This document shows, piece by piece, positions 35,779 through 49,344 of a stretch of 64,000 bases of DNA. Source of the stretch: Octopus sinensis (lineage: Eukaryota); the NCBI RefSeq assembly GCF_006345805.1, contig NC_042999.1, forward strand, positions 118,358,001 to 118,422,000. The letters are read 5' to 3'. Positions within the stretch are counted from its first letter, which is position 1. Each line of letters opens with the position of its first letter. A program made the position numbers and the translations under genes. Below the pieces are notes generated by a model. The model was given only the letters and a program-made list of their open reading frames with translations. It was not told where the DNA came from and searched no databases.

Positions 35779-38700
35779 GTATGTATTACGATAATAAGAG
35801 ACTTGAAGTTTTTAAATTGCAAAACTGTATGTTCACATGATTCAGAATATCATTGTGGAGTAACTGATAATAACTTTGGAAAACTTGCTTTAAGTGACAA
35901 TATGAAATCAGTGAAATAAGAAGTAAAAAAAATGTATTATTGTGACAGGATTTCAGTGAGGAGAATAAATGTGATAATCAATGAGTAATCTATTTAGATT
36001 TCCAGCAATGAGTGTAAGCTCCAGAGTGATTTGTAAGATAATGGAAGAAAAGTACCTGGGCAATTATAGTTAGTCATCATGATATATGGATGATATACTA
36101 GTAACTCTCTTAATTAAGCAAGTAATACAGATAATTTTTCTCCAGTTATTTGAGCAGCAAAAGTAAAGAGAGATGCATTTTGGAAAAAAAAATAATCACA
36201 GTGGTCTTAAACTGACTGACTAATTGTTCAGAATACACATATGCACACACATGCACGCGTGCACACACAGCTATATTAATGTCAAGCATAGACATCATGA
36301 CAAAGCATGCACTGAATCCACAAACAGGAGACTTGAAAATTTTCTCCCGTGGGTCACAGCAATCCTGTCCCCTTTAACAACACAAAGACACACTCATGAC
36401 TCACCAAGATGAAAATATCATAAACCTCACCTTACATTAGACATGAAAAACAAGCAACTAAAATTAGACACCTCAAGACCATTAGAAATGTTGGATGTTG
36501 TTAATATAAACTTATGTGTGATACTTGAGCACACACCCTCAACATTAAAAAAACTGGATTTCCTATTCAGAAAATACTTCACAACACAAACTACAAATGC
36601 TTTATAGAGATCAAGTCAGTCTTAGAGTGAAGTACTTCTCACACATTTAGGATGGTGTGGCTACAATACATACAGACACATGACACTTCATCCGATAAAA
36701 ATGACACGTGATTAATTGGCATGATGTTGCTCACAAACAAACAGCTAACTCTTACCTCCACATTCACTACTCACATGTCTTGCCTCTTATTTTTCACAGC
36801 AACTACACTGGACTCAGCTTGTTGAATTCAGCTAATTTTGCGTTACCGTACTCAAGCTAGCTTCATATGCTAATATCTACTTGTCTTGTCACAGATGCCA
36901 TATTTGTCCTCATTTTAAATATTTATTCAGATTTCAACTGCTAATGCACTCACACCCACCCAAACTCACACCCACCCAAACTCACACACACACGCACACA
37001 CACACATGAATATGTAATATGTTTTGACAGAAAACCTTTGTAGCAATACAATGCCACTGTTTGAGTATGTTGGTCTCGAAGCAATACAATTTCAATTTTG
37101 TATTAACGTGTGAAGGTCAAGATGCTGACAAACTGTGGCATCTTGACTGCATTCATGCATGTATTTTAAGACCTACTGTGAAATATGATTACAAGGTGGC
37201 AAGTTGGCCAATATTTCTTTGATTTTCATTGCTCTTCAAAGCAACTCTTATGTGAATATATTTTCCGACTCTCTTGGACTTATTGAATATAAGACATTTC
37301 AGCATTCATTGTGAACAGACTGAAATATTGACAGAAATGATGAAGTTTTCCATTTGATGAAATTATTAATCATGGGTGAAAAAATCATCTAGTGATGGTT
37401 TTTATTCAGTAAATCTTTGGACACTAGTACTGTGCCTATATTATCCTTTTTGAAAATTCAGAGGGTATTGTATTGGATGAAATTAACAGTGTGTTTTTGA
37501 GGTTCTAATGGCAGATTCACAAAATTTTTGCAGAATTATATGTCTTCCAAGAAGCTCCTGCTTACCAATTAAAATGTCAGCCTCATTAACTGTTCATGTT
37601 CCCTAGAGGGTACTTTATCTACTTGGATGATAATTTCTATCTCAGCTTCATTCACATTTCAAGAGCAGTTTTTTATCTCATTACACAGTCATCAAGTTGA
37701 TATAACATTTCCTGAAAATAAAAGGTAACTCACTGTGAAACAATTGGAATATTACTACATTATCTTGTCTATTGTCATTCACGACCCATGAAATAAATAT
37801 GCTGGTACTAGTGATCAGCACTTGGATGTGAAAAAAATGACTTAGTGTGATGTTAAATTCACGTTCTTTCAAGAGTTAAGAGGCTCTCAGAGCCACCACC
37901 ATCCTACTTTGAAAGTACAGACCTGAAGCTTCCTAGTGATTCACCTTCTATTTTGCTCCACAACACACATATATTAGAGATACCACACTGTTGAAGCTAA
38001 CAAGATAATTTATATAACTTATTTACATTTTTGCTATATCCAAATGCTGCATTTTCTTTAATTTACGACTTTTCCTATCTGACTTTTAAGTCTAGTACTT
38101 GTAGATGTGTCCATCATTTTTTCTCTGATTTTATTTTGTCTTGTTTATTTACTAGTCTTCAATAAATAAAAATGGTTTCAAAATAAGATTTATACTCTCT
38201 ATTGCATTACTTGTTTTGCAATTCATTGCCAATATTTTTAAATGACCTTCATCTGATATAGAAATCCGTGAAGTCATTGAAAGAGAACAGACCAAAAGAT
38301 TGTTTTCTTTTGAGCCCCATAAAAATAAAATATTTAACTCTTTAGGAAAATGAATTTTTGAGTAAGATGTAGAGGAAATGAATACACATCTATTTTTTAC
38401 CAATATATTCAAATATTGTTTAAAAATTGACAGAATTATTTAACATACGTATTATTCTTAGAAATATATACAACCAAAGAAAATAAGCAGCAACACACAG
38501 AAGGACTTTTATCAGTTAAAAGCTTCATGAAATAAACAAAATCTTTGTATTGTACTTCCATCTTCTTCATTTAAATGTAGACTGTTCTGACTTCCAGCAG
38601 AGAATTGTTCTAGAGAAAAGCAGGACTCTTGTTTTTGTGATCCAATCACCTTTAATGTTTGACCCCTATATTTATTAGTAATTGGAATACCTATTATTTA

Positions 38701-39006
38701 CATTTAAGATTTTTAATTTACAAAATCAATTTCCGTTATTTGAAAATGCACATTTCACATTACACAGGCAATTTCCTTCAACAGCAAGAGCACAGCCTTC
38801 ACCTTAATTTCACCTTAATATATAAAATTGAATATGAGTGTGTGTGTGTGTTTGTGTATGTACGTACATATGTATGTATGTATGTATGTATGTATGTCAT
38901 AATTCAGTTTTATTTCAAGATTTCTTGCCAATAGAGAAAGAGGTGGTTTCTAACCTATATCCAAGGCTTTTTCATTAGAATTTCAACATCAACAACAGGG
39001 TATTTT

Positions 39007-39038
<32 letters not shown>

Positions 39039-39351
39039 TACGTGCAGGTTTGTATGTTTTGTTTCATGCATATATTTGCATATCTGGATATGCTCATATA
39101 TACTTAAGTGATAAACTTCTGGAAAGTTTTTTTACAGATTTTTAGAGTTTCAGTGATGGTTTGGATCTATAGTCTTCGAATCAGCTTCCTCCTTTCTTGT
39201 TTTGAGAAGCCTAAATTCTCAAGATTGGTATTTAGGAAGTGTGTTACATATCCCAGTGCCCCAATAATTACAGGTATAAGCCTAAATTTGTAATCTGTGT
39301 TTGAATGTATTATGTATGTATGTGTCATATATATATATGTATATATATCAT

Positions 39352-39585
39352 CATCATCATCATCATTGTTTAACGTCCGCTTTCCATGCTAGCATGGGTT
39401 GGACGGTTCAACTGGGGTCTGGGAAGCCAGACGGTTGCACCAGGCCCAGTCTGGTCTGGCAGTGTTTCTACAGCTGGATGCCCTTCCTAACACCAACCAC
39501 TCTTTGAGTGTAGTGGGTGTTTTTTACGTGCCACCAGCACAGGTGCCAGACGAGGCTGGCAAACGGCCACGATTGGATGGTGCTT
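39352..39585 (-). mobile_element. RTE-tailed SINE with one copy of the array unit seen at 59295
   Basis: (ATC)n-gtttaacgtccgctttccatgctagcatggg...gtgccagacgaggctggcaaacggccacgattggatggtg. Confidence 0.88.
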
Positions 39586-40290
39586 TTTATGTATATATAT
39601 GTATATATATATATTTATTTATTTATCACCCACAAGCATACACTATACACATACACAGTATTTGGTCTCAGGCACAAACACATACACATTAGCTCCACAC
39701 ATACTGTATACACACGTCTATTCACATATGCACACACATACACGCATATACATCTATATACATACTCATGCTCATATACACATACAAACATATACAGATA
39801 CACTCATGCACATGCATACGAGCACATACACATAGATGTATGTACATATACACATACGTATGCATATTCATACATACATATATATATATACATGTATACG
39901 CATACATACATACATAAACACATATATACATATATATGTTTACATAACCACATAGTACACACACCTACATACATAAAGATGTTGCTTATGTCTGAGAATA
40001 CATATACATAAACACACACTTGTGCATATGCATTCGTACACATACACAAACATAGGCATCGCTACGTGTGCTTATCCATACACACCTATATATACAGACA
40101 AGTGAACATACATACATACACGTATATATGCACACATGTATATGTATATATATATATGTATATTTATATACATACATATATATGCACATATAATTGTGTG
40201 TGCATTTGTATACACACCCAAAAATATATATATACGTTAAACGATGATGATGATGATGATGATATATATAATATCCATGTGTGTGTGTGT
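39585..40290. repeat. Long degenerate (CA)/(TA) low-complexity tract
   Basis: Read directly; the overlapping H/T/Y/I-rich ORFs are repeat artefacts. Confidence 0.9.
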
Positions 40291-40527
40291 ATAGCTGAGG
40301 GACAGATATTTTCCATATAGAATACATTTCATAGTGTTCAAATAATTTAAACTTGAGCAGGTAGAGGAGTGAAAGTAAGGATAAGTAAGTTAGGCAAGTC
40401 AATGTACAAAAAATCTTAAACACATTTAATGCAAAAAATGTACATATGTTTACGTATAAAACGGTCCAACTTAAAAAGAATAGAAATGATATCAGGAATT
40501 AAAAAGGTTGAATAAGAGTTTTATGAA

Positions 40528-40617
40528 TCTAACAACTGCTTTTCAGGCTTGGTAATCCAAAATAATGATTGTAAATTGATTCCATCATCGTATAATACCA
40601 GCCTCTGTCTTCAGGGA
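40528..40617 (-). ncRNA. Degenerate hammerhead-like motif, long stem II family
   Basis: Minus strand tcc-CTGAAGA-cag-aggct...agcct-GAA-aagcagttgt-T-aga; homologous to 44775-44866. Confidence 0.4.
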
Positions 40618-41754
40618 AGAATTTTACATTTGAGGTGTTGACAGTAAAGGGTGTTAGTATAGGAATAAATGAGTGGGGTGAGAAGACAGGGAGAAAGTTT
40701 ACTGTATTGTTATTATCATTCTATATGGAATTATTATTCTTTTATGTGGTATCGGGAAAATGTATATTTGAATTGGTGGAAACATCTCAAAATTTTCTCA
40801 CCATGTTTGTTTACTAGGTTTTCTTTGCTCAACAGGATACACAAGGCTTATTCAAAAGAAAAAAAAAAAACTCCACAGCCTATATATGTGTAGGTGTGTG
40901 TGTGTGTATGTATTTAATGTGTATACATGAATGCATGTATGTATATGTGTACATATATTTGTGTGTGTGTGTGTGTGTGTGTACAAGCATGTCTATGTAT
41001 ATAGATGTATATGTGTGTGTGTGTGTGCATGTAAAAATTTGTATTTGTAAGCATATACGTATGTGAAGTCATAAGGGTGTATATTTAAGTGCATATTTGT
41101 ATATGTATAGATGAGAGCATGTATGTAGTACATGTACAAGAGCAATAAAAACCAAGAACATACTCGAAATACATTTTTTCAAATACCCAGAAGGATCTTC
41201 AGAGGTAGCGGATAGTTTCTCTTACTTTATACTAATACTAATATATGTGTGCATGCATGTGTGTGTGTGCATAAAAGAAAATTTTGATGCATTTTCAACT
41301 GCCCAAAATAGATAGACAGAAAGATAGATAGATAGATAGTTATAGATAGGCAGATTGGCAGATGGATTGACAGATATAGACACACACATACACATACAAC
41401 TATCTATGATGTATATATAACTGCTTATGCATGTAATTATTTTCTCATGTATTTGCATTGAAAATGTATGAGTAACTTAAATTGTATGATGAATGGTGAC
41501 ATACAAGAAAAATTAACTATATTATTTAAAAAGCCTTATGCAAGGTACTTAAAAAGTACCTTACACAAGGGTTGGTATTAGGCATCATCTGACTGTAAAG
41601 TGCTCTCCTTCAAGAAATCTCATGCTACTCATGTTGACATGGAAAAAGGGAACCACAAAATAAAAACCATTTCATTCATTCTTATATTCATTAACAATAA
41701 TACTTTTATATTGGTGCTTACATACACCAGCTTTTTCCTTTTATCATTTGCTTG

Positions 41755-42630
41755 TTTTAGACATTAGATGGTGGTCATACTGGAGTACCACCCTAGTGCT
41801 TATTTCTTTTTTAAGCCTGGTACTTATTCTATTAGCCCAAAGTTATGGGGACATAAAAACACCAACATTAGTTGTCAAGTGGTGGTGGGGAACAAGCAAA
41901 CAAACAGACACGCACACACACACACACATCATCATCATCATTTGACATCCGCCTTCCATGCTGGCATGAGTTGGATAGTTTGGCTGGAGCTGGCCAGGCT
42001 GGAGCCTGCACCAGGCTTCTGTGTCTGTTTAGACTTTTACAGCTGGATGCCCTTCTAAACACCAACCACTTTACAGAGTGAACTGGATGCTATTTATGTG
42101 GCATCACACACACACATATGACAAGGTTTTTTCAGTTTCCATTTACCAAAGCCCTTTAAAAGACTTTGATCAGCCCAAGGTTATAGTAGAAACACTTGCC
42201 TTAAGGTACCATGCAATGGGACTAAACCCAGAACAATGTGGCAGGAAAAAAGACTGCTTACTATACAGCCATCTCTCGCCCACAACATCATAAGCGGGAA
42301 GTGTAACCTCTCGAAAGAGCTGTTCTTCACTCCTGCTCCGGAGCATCGGCTGCGGGGGCATTCCGAAAAGCTCTACCTGTGACGATTTCATCTCAATCGA
42401 AGGAGAGGAGCTTACTCCGTCCGGGTTGCGGATCCGTGGAACAAGCTGCCAGACGAGATGGTGAAGATGCCGACGACCGCTTTGTTCAAAGCCTCCCTGG
42501 ACCTCAAGTGGCCTGAACTCTTTACATGAACACCACCCTGTACTTAACCCCATGTCCCCCTACATGGCCTTGCTATTTGCTTTTGAGCCAAATTAACTAA
42601 CTAACTAACTAGCCATGCCTGCACATATAT
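41755..42630 (-). mobile_element. CORE-type SINE interrupted by an RTE-tailed SINE fragment (~41930-42110) and a CR1-like LINE
   Basis: The host SINE segments are collinear with 10021-10445. Confidence 0.8.
42273..42610 (+). mobile_element. 5'-truncated CR1-like LINE with (TAAC)n tail and AGCCAT target duplication
   Basis: Translates LAHNIISGKCNLSKELFFTPAPEHRLRGHSEKLYL*RFHLNRRRGAYSVRVADPWNKLPDEMVKMPTTALFKASLD; TSD at 42267-42272 and 42611-42616. Confidence 0.92.
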
Positions 42631-43384
42631 TCATTATATATAAAGAAGTATATTAAGAAGTATATGTTGCAAAATAATTAAATAAATTTCTTATATTTAT
42701 CTTTGAGAAGTAGCAACAAATTTATGTAAACTAGTCTAGACAAAAAAATAACAGAATGTAAAAAATATGGTTCCAATAGATTTTTCTTTCTTTACGTGGC
42801 CTTCTTTTCTCAGTAAATACTGAGACCAGCACAAGAGTACAATAATTTTTGTAGAATTAAGTGAAAATATTAGTATTCTTCTGCATCTGTCTAATCTACT
42901 TTCTTGTCATGTTTGTAGCCATTTTTGTAGCAGTAGCAGCAAAGGTGTCCACCAATATTTGTTCTTTAAGTTAATTAATTTGTATTTTTTTATTTTACAT
43001 TTCTCTTTTTTATAAGAAAAAAAAAAGAAAAAATATTGTTAGTTCTACTTCTTTTTTTCTACTGCAAGTATTACAGTTACCGTTTGCAAGACACGCACAT
43101 TTACACACACACATGCACACACACACACATGCACACACACACATACATACACACACAAAATATATACATACATTTGTAATTATACATATTTCTATGTACA
43201 TAATTTTATAATTTGCCTTTACATACATCAGTATGTGTCACACTCTGTTTCTCTCTCTCTAATTATACTGTGTGTGTGTTTGTGTATATATATACATATG
43301 TACACACAAGCACAGTATTATTCATATAATATAATATATATAATATAGTATGATATAGTATAATATAATATAATATAATATAAT

Positions 43385-43426
<42 letters not shown>

Positions 43427-43759
43427 ATAAGTATATAAGTATGAGCAGTTAGCATTTCTGTGCATATTTATATAGAAACAAATGTGTAATTAGAATACGG
43501 TTATTGATTTATAAACGTTTGGTTGAGTAAATAACTAAGTAGCTATTAACCATTTTGGTTGTGAGCCATATTCTATAATCACATGTATGGTTAATATTAG
43601 GAGCTTATGTAATACACTTCATATAGTAAAAAAAAAGGGAAGAAGACAAGCAAGAACAATTGATTTGTGCTAACCATGCACATTGCCGTCTTCAGGAGAA
43701 AGATGTTAAAATATACTAGATCTTACTGTATTAATGAGGGCTAGTTTTATTATGTAGTG

Positions 43760-43960
43760 GGAGTGGATGACTAGCTGATAAAACCGTCAGGAAATCTTGT
43801 AAAAGGTTTAGTGGTATTTCTTCAAGCTCTTTCTGTTCTGAGTTCAAATTTTTCTAAGATTGACTTTGCCTGTCATCATTTCAGGGTTAATAAAATAAGT
43901 GCCATTTAAACACTTTCCTTTGAATTTTCTGGCCTTGAGCCAAAATTTTAAACCATTATT
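43760..43960 (+). mobile_element. Degenerate tRNA-derived SINE (cagaattgtta... family)
   Basis: ttctgagttcaaatt...gactttgcc.gtcatc...gagccaaaattttaaacc. Confidence 0.65.
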
Positions 43961-44010
43961 TAGCTGGAGTGCTCTACAGACATTGAAGATATTTGTAGCC
44001 TTCCACTAAC

Positions 44011-44061
44011 CAGTGAAGTTGATGCAGTTGATACTTAGCTTGAAGATCTGTTGGTTGACAC
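44011..44061 (-). CDS. Candidate exon (CQPTDLQAKYQLHQLH)
   Basis: Acceptor catttttacttcag and donor CTG|gttagt; a second frame is also open. Confidence 0.25.
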
Positions 44062-44180
44062 CTGAAGTAAAAATGAATGCAAACATGAAATTATTAAAAG
44101 AAATGAAATGTTAAACATCTCCATTCCCAGTTGTCAAGACAAATGGGAATGGAGATGGATGCAGTGAATGATCCAAATAC

Positions 44181-44300
44181 TTTGCTTGCTTCATTTCATC
44201 TTGTTCTTTGCACTCAACAGAGCATTGCTGCAGCTGCTTTCCTCTCCATTGAACCATGAATGTTTCTTCCACAGAGTCTGCTAGATCTAGTTTACTTGTG
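44181..44300 (-). CDS. Candidate exon (TSKLDLADSVEETFMVQWRGKQLQQCSVECKEQDEMKQA)
   Basis: Acceptor tttatctatctaag and donor AAA|gtattt; 119-nt intron to 44061 with compatible phase. Confidence 0.2.
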
Positions 44301-44774
44301 CTTAGATAGATAAACCCTAACTCACCATTATCCATTAGCTACCCTCACCTTGTTTAGCCCACTAGTTGAAGTGGTTTCCTGGATTCTAACCAACATTGCA
44401 TGCAAACAGTTACTTGGAGCCATAAGTGCCAGGTGGAGACCAAAGTGGACTAACCACCCCTAAGAGTGAAACATTTCCCCTGTCAATACACAGAGTGAAT
44501 TGTCATCTGAGAGGTAATGGATAGAAAGTCAGAAATTCCAGTGAGGAACTATAAGGAGACACTAATCATCTGTGAAGATAAAGCAGCCATTATGTATGTA
44601 CATATGTTTATATGTAACAGTAGGGATAAGCAATTTAGGCTGATCGATATATAAAGTATATTAAATACACGAAATATAAAAAAAATGTATATATGTATAC
44701 ATATATAAAGGTCTGACTTACACAGAAAGCAAATGATATAGAAAATTAAAGGGGATGAGGAACAATATTACAAA

Positions 44775-44866
44775 TCCAACAGCTGTTTCTTGAGGCTCAG
44801 TAGTCCATAATAATGTTTGTAGATTGATTTCATCATAGGATGAGATGAGCCTCTGTCTTCAGCGGA
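44775..44866 (-). ncRNA. Hammerhead-like motif with 8-bp stem II and palindromic ACAGCTGT stem III
   Basis: Minus strand tccg-CTGAAGA-ca-GAGGCTCA...TGAGCCTC-aa-GAA-ACAGCTGT-T-gga; extra nucleotides at the stem II junction. Confidence 0.5.
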
Positions 44867-46072
44867 AGAGATCCTACATTTGAGGTGTTAAAGGAAATAA
44901 GTCCAAAAATTGAATGTATTTCATGTATTTAATATACTTTATATATCGATCTGTTTAAATTCCTTATTCCTACATTCACTTCTATATCCGCTCCAGTTTA
45001 AATCTCTTGAACACTACTGTATATTCTATACCGAGAACACTCAGATCATGTCTATGAACTATATGTTTATATATGCATATATGTGTGTATGTATTTAGCT
45101 ATATATATATGAAGCATTGATAAGACAGCATGGTTTAGAGCATGGGTGACAGACGAAAGTTCTAGCTTACTGTGCTCTTCCAGATGGATAGGTCTACACA
45201 CTTCACCCTCTTCTGTCACCTTAGGACTTTCAGTAGATGTCTTATATATCACCATCTTTTTCATTACATTGGTTTTTAGTTAGCGTTAATTTCAGTATAT
45301 TTCTGTCTCTTTCCAGCAACTTCTCACATTCCTTCATTTATCGTGGTTCAACCTTTATTTCACGTATTTCCAGCATTTCCATGTCTATCCCTTTTCCAGT
45401 TTCAGCCACATAACTGTGGCCACCTGCTGTTGCTTTCTCCAATTTTCCCACAAATACAATAACAATAGCAACAATTTGAACAGTAATAATCAATCAAACA
45501 GATATTTAACACTACGACTTATGACAAAAACAACTCATTTTGAACTCATGGCTATATGGTTAGGAAAATAATCTATGAAGAAAAAAGGAAAGGAAAAGAA
45601 GAAAAGAGGAATGAAAAACATATATTCTATGAATATCTTGTAAACTGTAATTATTTTTTCATCTATAAAAAATATTTCGCTTCATAAAATATTTAATTTA
45701 GTTTAATTTGCTTCAGGTTATATCTTACTAACAGTTTCTAATAAGAAAGAAATGATGCAATCCATGATTACCTAGTGACCAGAAATTTTATGATCTTTGT
45801 CACATGTAAGAAAACATATTTAACATATATTTTATGCATCTTCTTTCTGGGTCTTTCAATTCAAAATTCAAACTATTAATTCTGGCAAGATTTATCTAGG
45901 CATGAATATCTCCCTTATAATACTTGGCAGTCGAGGCACACCACATATTTCAACAATGTTTAAACATTCCAGTTATATGAATGTGTGAATGTGCATAGGT
46001 TACACACACACACATGTACGCACAACAAAAACTCAAATTATCTGAGTCACAGAGTAACTTGCTTTGACTCAT

Positions 46073-46580
46073 CATCATCATCATCATTTAATGTCCATTG
46101 TCCATGCTGACATCGGTTGGACTGTTTGACTGGGCTGGCATGCCAGATAGGGTGCGCCAAGATCCAGTCTGATTTGGCATGGTTTTCTATGGCTGGGTGC
46201 CCTTCCCAACGCCAACTGCTCCAAGTGTGTAATGGGTGCTTTTACATGCCACCAGCATGGGTGCCACTTGCATGACACTGGTATCTGCCATGACTGTGAT
46301 TTTGCTCAGCTTTATTGGTCTTCTCATGCATGACATAATGCCAAAGGCCTTGGCCATTGCTTCCATGAGGTCCAACACTCAAAGGGAACTCAGCCATTTT
46401 GCCACTTTGAGGCCCATTCAAAAGGAACTCAGCCACTTCACCTGTGTGAGATCCAACACTCGAAAGGAACTCGGCCACTTTGTCTCCATGAGGCCCTGTA
46501 GCTCAGTGACTTTGCCACCATGAGGCTCAACACTCAAAAGGAACTCAGCCACCCCGCCTCTGTGAGGCCCAGCTGTACTC
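46073..46580 (-). mobile_element. RTE-tailed SINE with a 5' array of ~41-bp units (second copy)
   Basis: Reverse complement matches 10775-11217; about six units, one partial. Confidence 0.85.
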
Positions 46581-46878
46581 CATTATTTAATTAATACTTG
46601 ATCACCCTTCTCTCTCTTTTTCTTTCTCCTTATCTTACCTCTCTCTCTCCATCTCTGTTTATCTGTGTAAGTATGCATATGTATGAACATATGTATGCAT
46701 ACTGAGTATGTAAATTTTCTAAGTAGAGACTGGAAAGGTAAACCAAAACTCAATATAAAAAAATGGGCATTATTTAAGATTGTGATGCATGGCAATTTAG
46801 TTATAACTTACAATTTCATGGTTTTAAATATCAGACTGCATATGAAGTGCCTCTGCATCATATATATATATGTATATA

Positions 46879-46953
<75 letters not shown>

Positions 46954-47316
46954 ACATACACACACATATATATTGGACTGGATTGGGTTGGATTGCCTGT
47001 CCACCAAAGGATAAAAGGTCTTAGCATGTTCTCTCCATTAACCATGGTCTGATGTGGGAGCTGTGAATTTGTGCTCGAGATCATACTGGTTTGATGAGCC
47101 TACCCTGCCACACTGGCTTGACATAGCTTGGCAGAAAGGTGCATTTTATGATACTAGTGCTCTACTGACACTTATTTTATCAATCCCAAAAGTATGAAAG
47201 TCAAAGTCGTCCTCAGCAAAATTTACACTCTGAACATAAGGACAGATGTAATACCATTAAGCATTTCACTCAGAATGTCAACAATTCTGTCAGCTCACCA
47301 CCTGTATGTGTGTATG

Positions 47317-47350
<34 letters not shown>

Positions 47351-47397
47351 ATATGCAAATATATATACACACATATATGTGTTTGTGTGTGTGTGTT

Positions 47398-47429
<32 letters not shown>

Positions 47430-47877
47430 CACACACACACACATACGTGTGTGTGTGTCTGTGTATTTATATAAATATATATATATAAATATGTAAAGGC
47501 ATGATCCAAGAATCAAGGTGTCTGAAGTTAGTGAGCTTCCAGCAATCAGTAAAAGATAGCAAAAACAACTTTCAGGAACAATAGTGGCTTATCAGCACAG
47601 AAGGTCATGAATTTTTCCTGTATTGATGTACAATAAGCAGGAAAAAGTTTATTCTGTAATTCACACTTAGCAACTGGGATTGCTGTATATGTGAATAAAC
47701 ATCCAAAATTTAGGAAATCCCACCCATGCTAGAATGGAATGTGGACGTTAAATGAGGATGATGATGATGATGATGAAGATAAAGTCTAGTCTAGTGGAAT
47801 CTCAGAAGGGATGGAGTAGCTAACCTTGATATCTGGCTAATTGTTAATCATGTAAAAGTAAGCAAGGAAGTTATTTA

Positions 47878-49344
47878 CCGTAAAAACCCATCTAATTTAC
47901 GTACTTTTTCGCAAAAATGAAAATAAACTTCAGTGGGTTTAAATTGCATGAGTAGATCATTTCCAGAACTGCTTTAGAAATTTTTTCTGTTGAAAAATGA
48001 TGTACGGGAAGTTGACTCATTTAATGTCAGAATAGGTTTTTACAGAAAAAATATAATGAAGTTGACTTTTATTTATGCTGGACAATACAATGCTTACTTT
48101 TTCTGTATAAATTTACTAAAACCATTAAATAGCTAACTACTTTTTAAAGTTTGGGTCTGGGTTGTATTTTATATTGCTTGGAGTTTCTGCCTATCGCAAT
48201 GGAGCCCAGCAATTTCCTTAAACATATCAGCTTTTCTCCACTTAGGGAGTCTAGCTTTCATTTGCACCAGGAAGCTATTTGCTCACTTTCTCCACGTTAC
48301 AACTCAATGAAATTCCTCACTGCCGCTATCAGCTCTTACTGCATCTAACGTCGACATCAACATCATAATTCATCCGTGCGCATGTAAACTCACTAAGTGA
48401 ATATGACTTAGCATTCCTATAGAACTCTTCATTTACTTTATATGATATTTAATGTTGTTTCACATTCATGTTGAATTATGCAGCAATCTTATATTCTCTT
48501 CATAGAACACTTGTAATGTATGTATTACCAGTTCTTTTGGTATAGTAGATTTTTGTTATTCTTGTTTATGTCTCCTCACAGACATGCATATTCTAACAAG
48601 TCGCTTCTTAAATTTCACACCTCTCTTGTCCAATAAACACTGAGTTAAACTTGCAAAGCTTTTTATTTTCTCCTTCTGAGTTTTAATATTTATTTTAGCG
48701 GGTTACCAAACTATCTGTTTGGTCTCCTGGCTAAAACAGTAATGACAAATTTTAAAGTTTGCTTGACATTTTATAAATGTGAAAGGGATTAATATTTCAA
48801 TACTGTGTATCGAAGGTTCAGACAAGAAAAGGCAGAAAATGAGAGCTTGAGACAAGACGACACTTTCAACCAATCAGAATTCTGTTTGCATAATCTGTTT
48901 GATCAGTCACCTTTCTCTGTTGGTTGAGTAAAGTGTCATCCAAGCTGATGATTATTGGTAATTAAACTTATTTTGCAACACTTGTACATATTTATCAGTT
49001 TTATTTTTGTTAATAATTCTTATCAACAACTTTTCCTGTGATCGTGATTTGAGAAGACATACAGAAGTATGCTGAAGATCAAACAAAATCTCTTGTGGGC
49101 AAGCAATGTGAAATAAAGTTTATTACAAACACTTTGTAATTTAATAGCTTTAACAAAATCTAATCATAAGTGAAATTATGCTAAATACAACTAAATTGAA
49201 AACCTTTTTCCCCTGGCCATGTAGGCAATTCTAAAAACTTTTGGGTGCAAATTATAAATGAGTAGAAGCATTTTTTAACAATTTTTATCCTGAAAATCAC
49301 CTACGTAAATTACACAGGTGCACAAATTACATGGGTTTTTACGG
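47878..49344. mobile_element. Tc2/pogo-like DNA transposon remnant
   Basis: TA|CCGTAAAAACCCATCTAATT ... AATTACATGGGTTTTTACGG|TA (19 of 20 TIR match); CCGTA termini resemble TcMar-Tc2; the interior is too decayed to read confidently. Confidence 0.75.

Noticed and set aside
37566-37711. Minus-strand exon with a good acceptor (ttttattttcag) and donor (TG|gtaag)
   Set aside because: Stops in all three frames; at best non-coding.
45260-45470. Minus-strand frame FVGKLEKATAGG...EIREIKVEPR resembling a zinc-finger protein N-terminus
   Set aside because: In-frame stops, no C2H2 repeats nearby and no acceptor.
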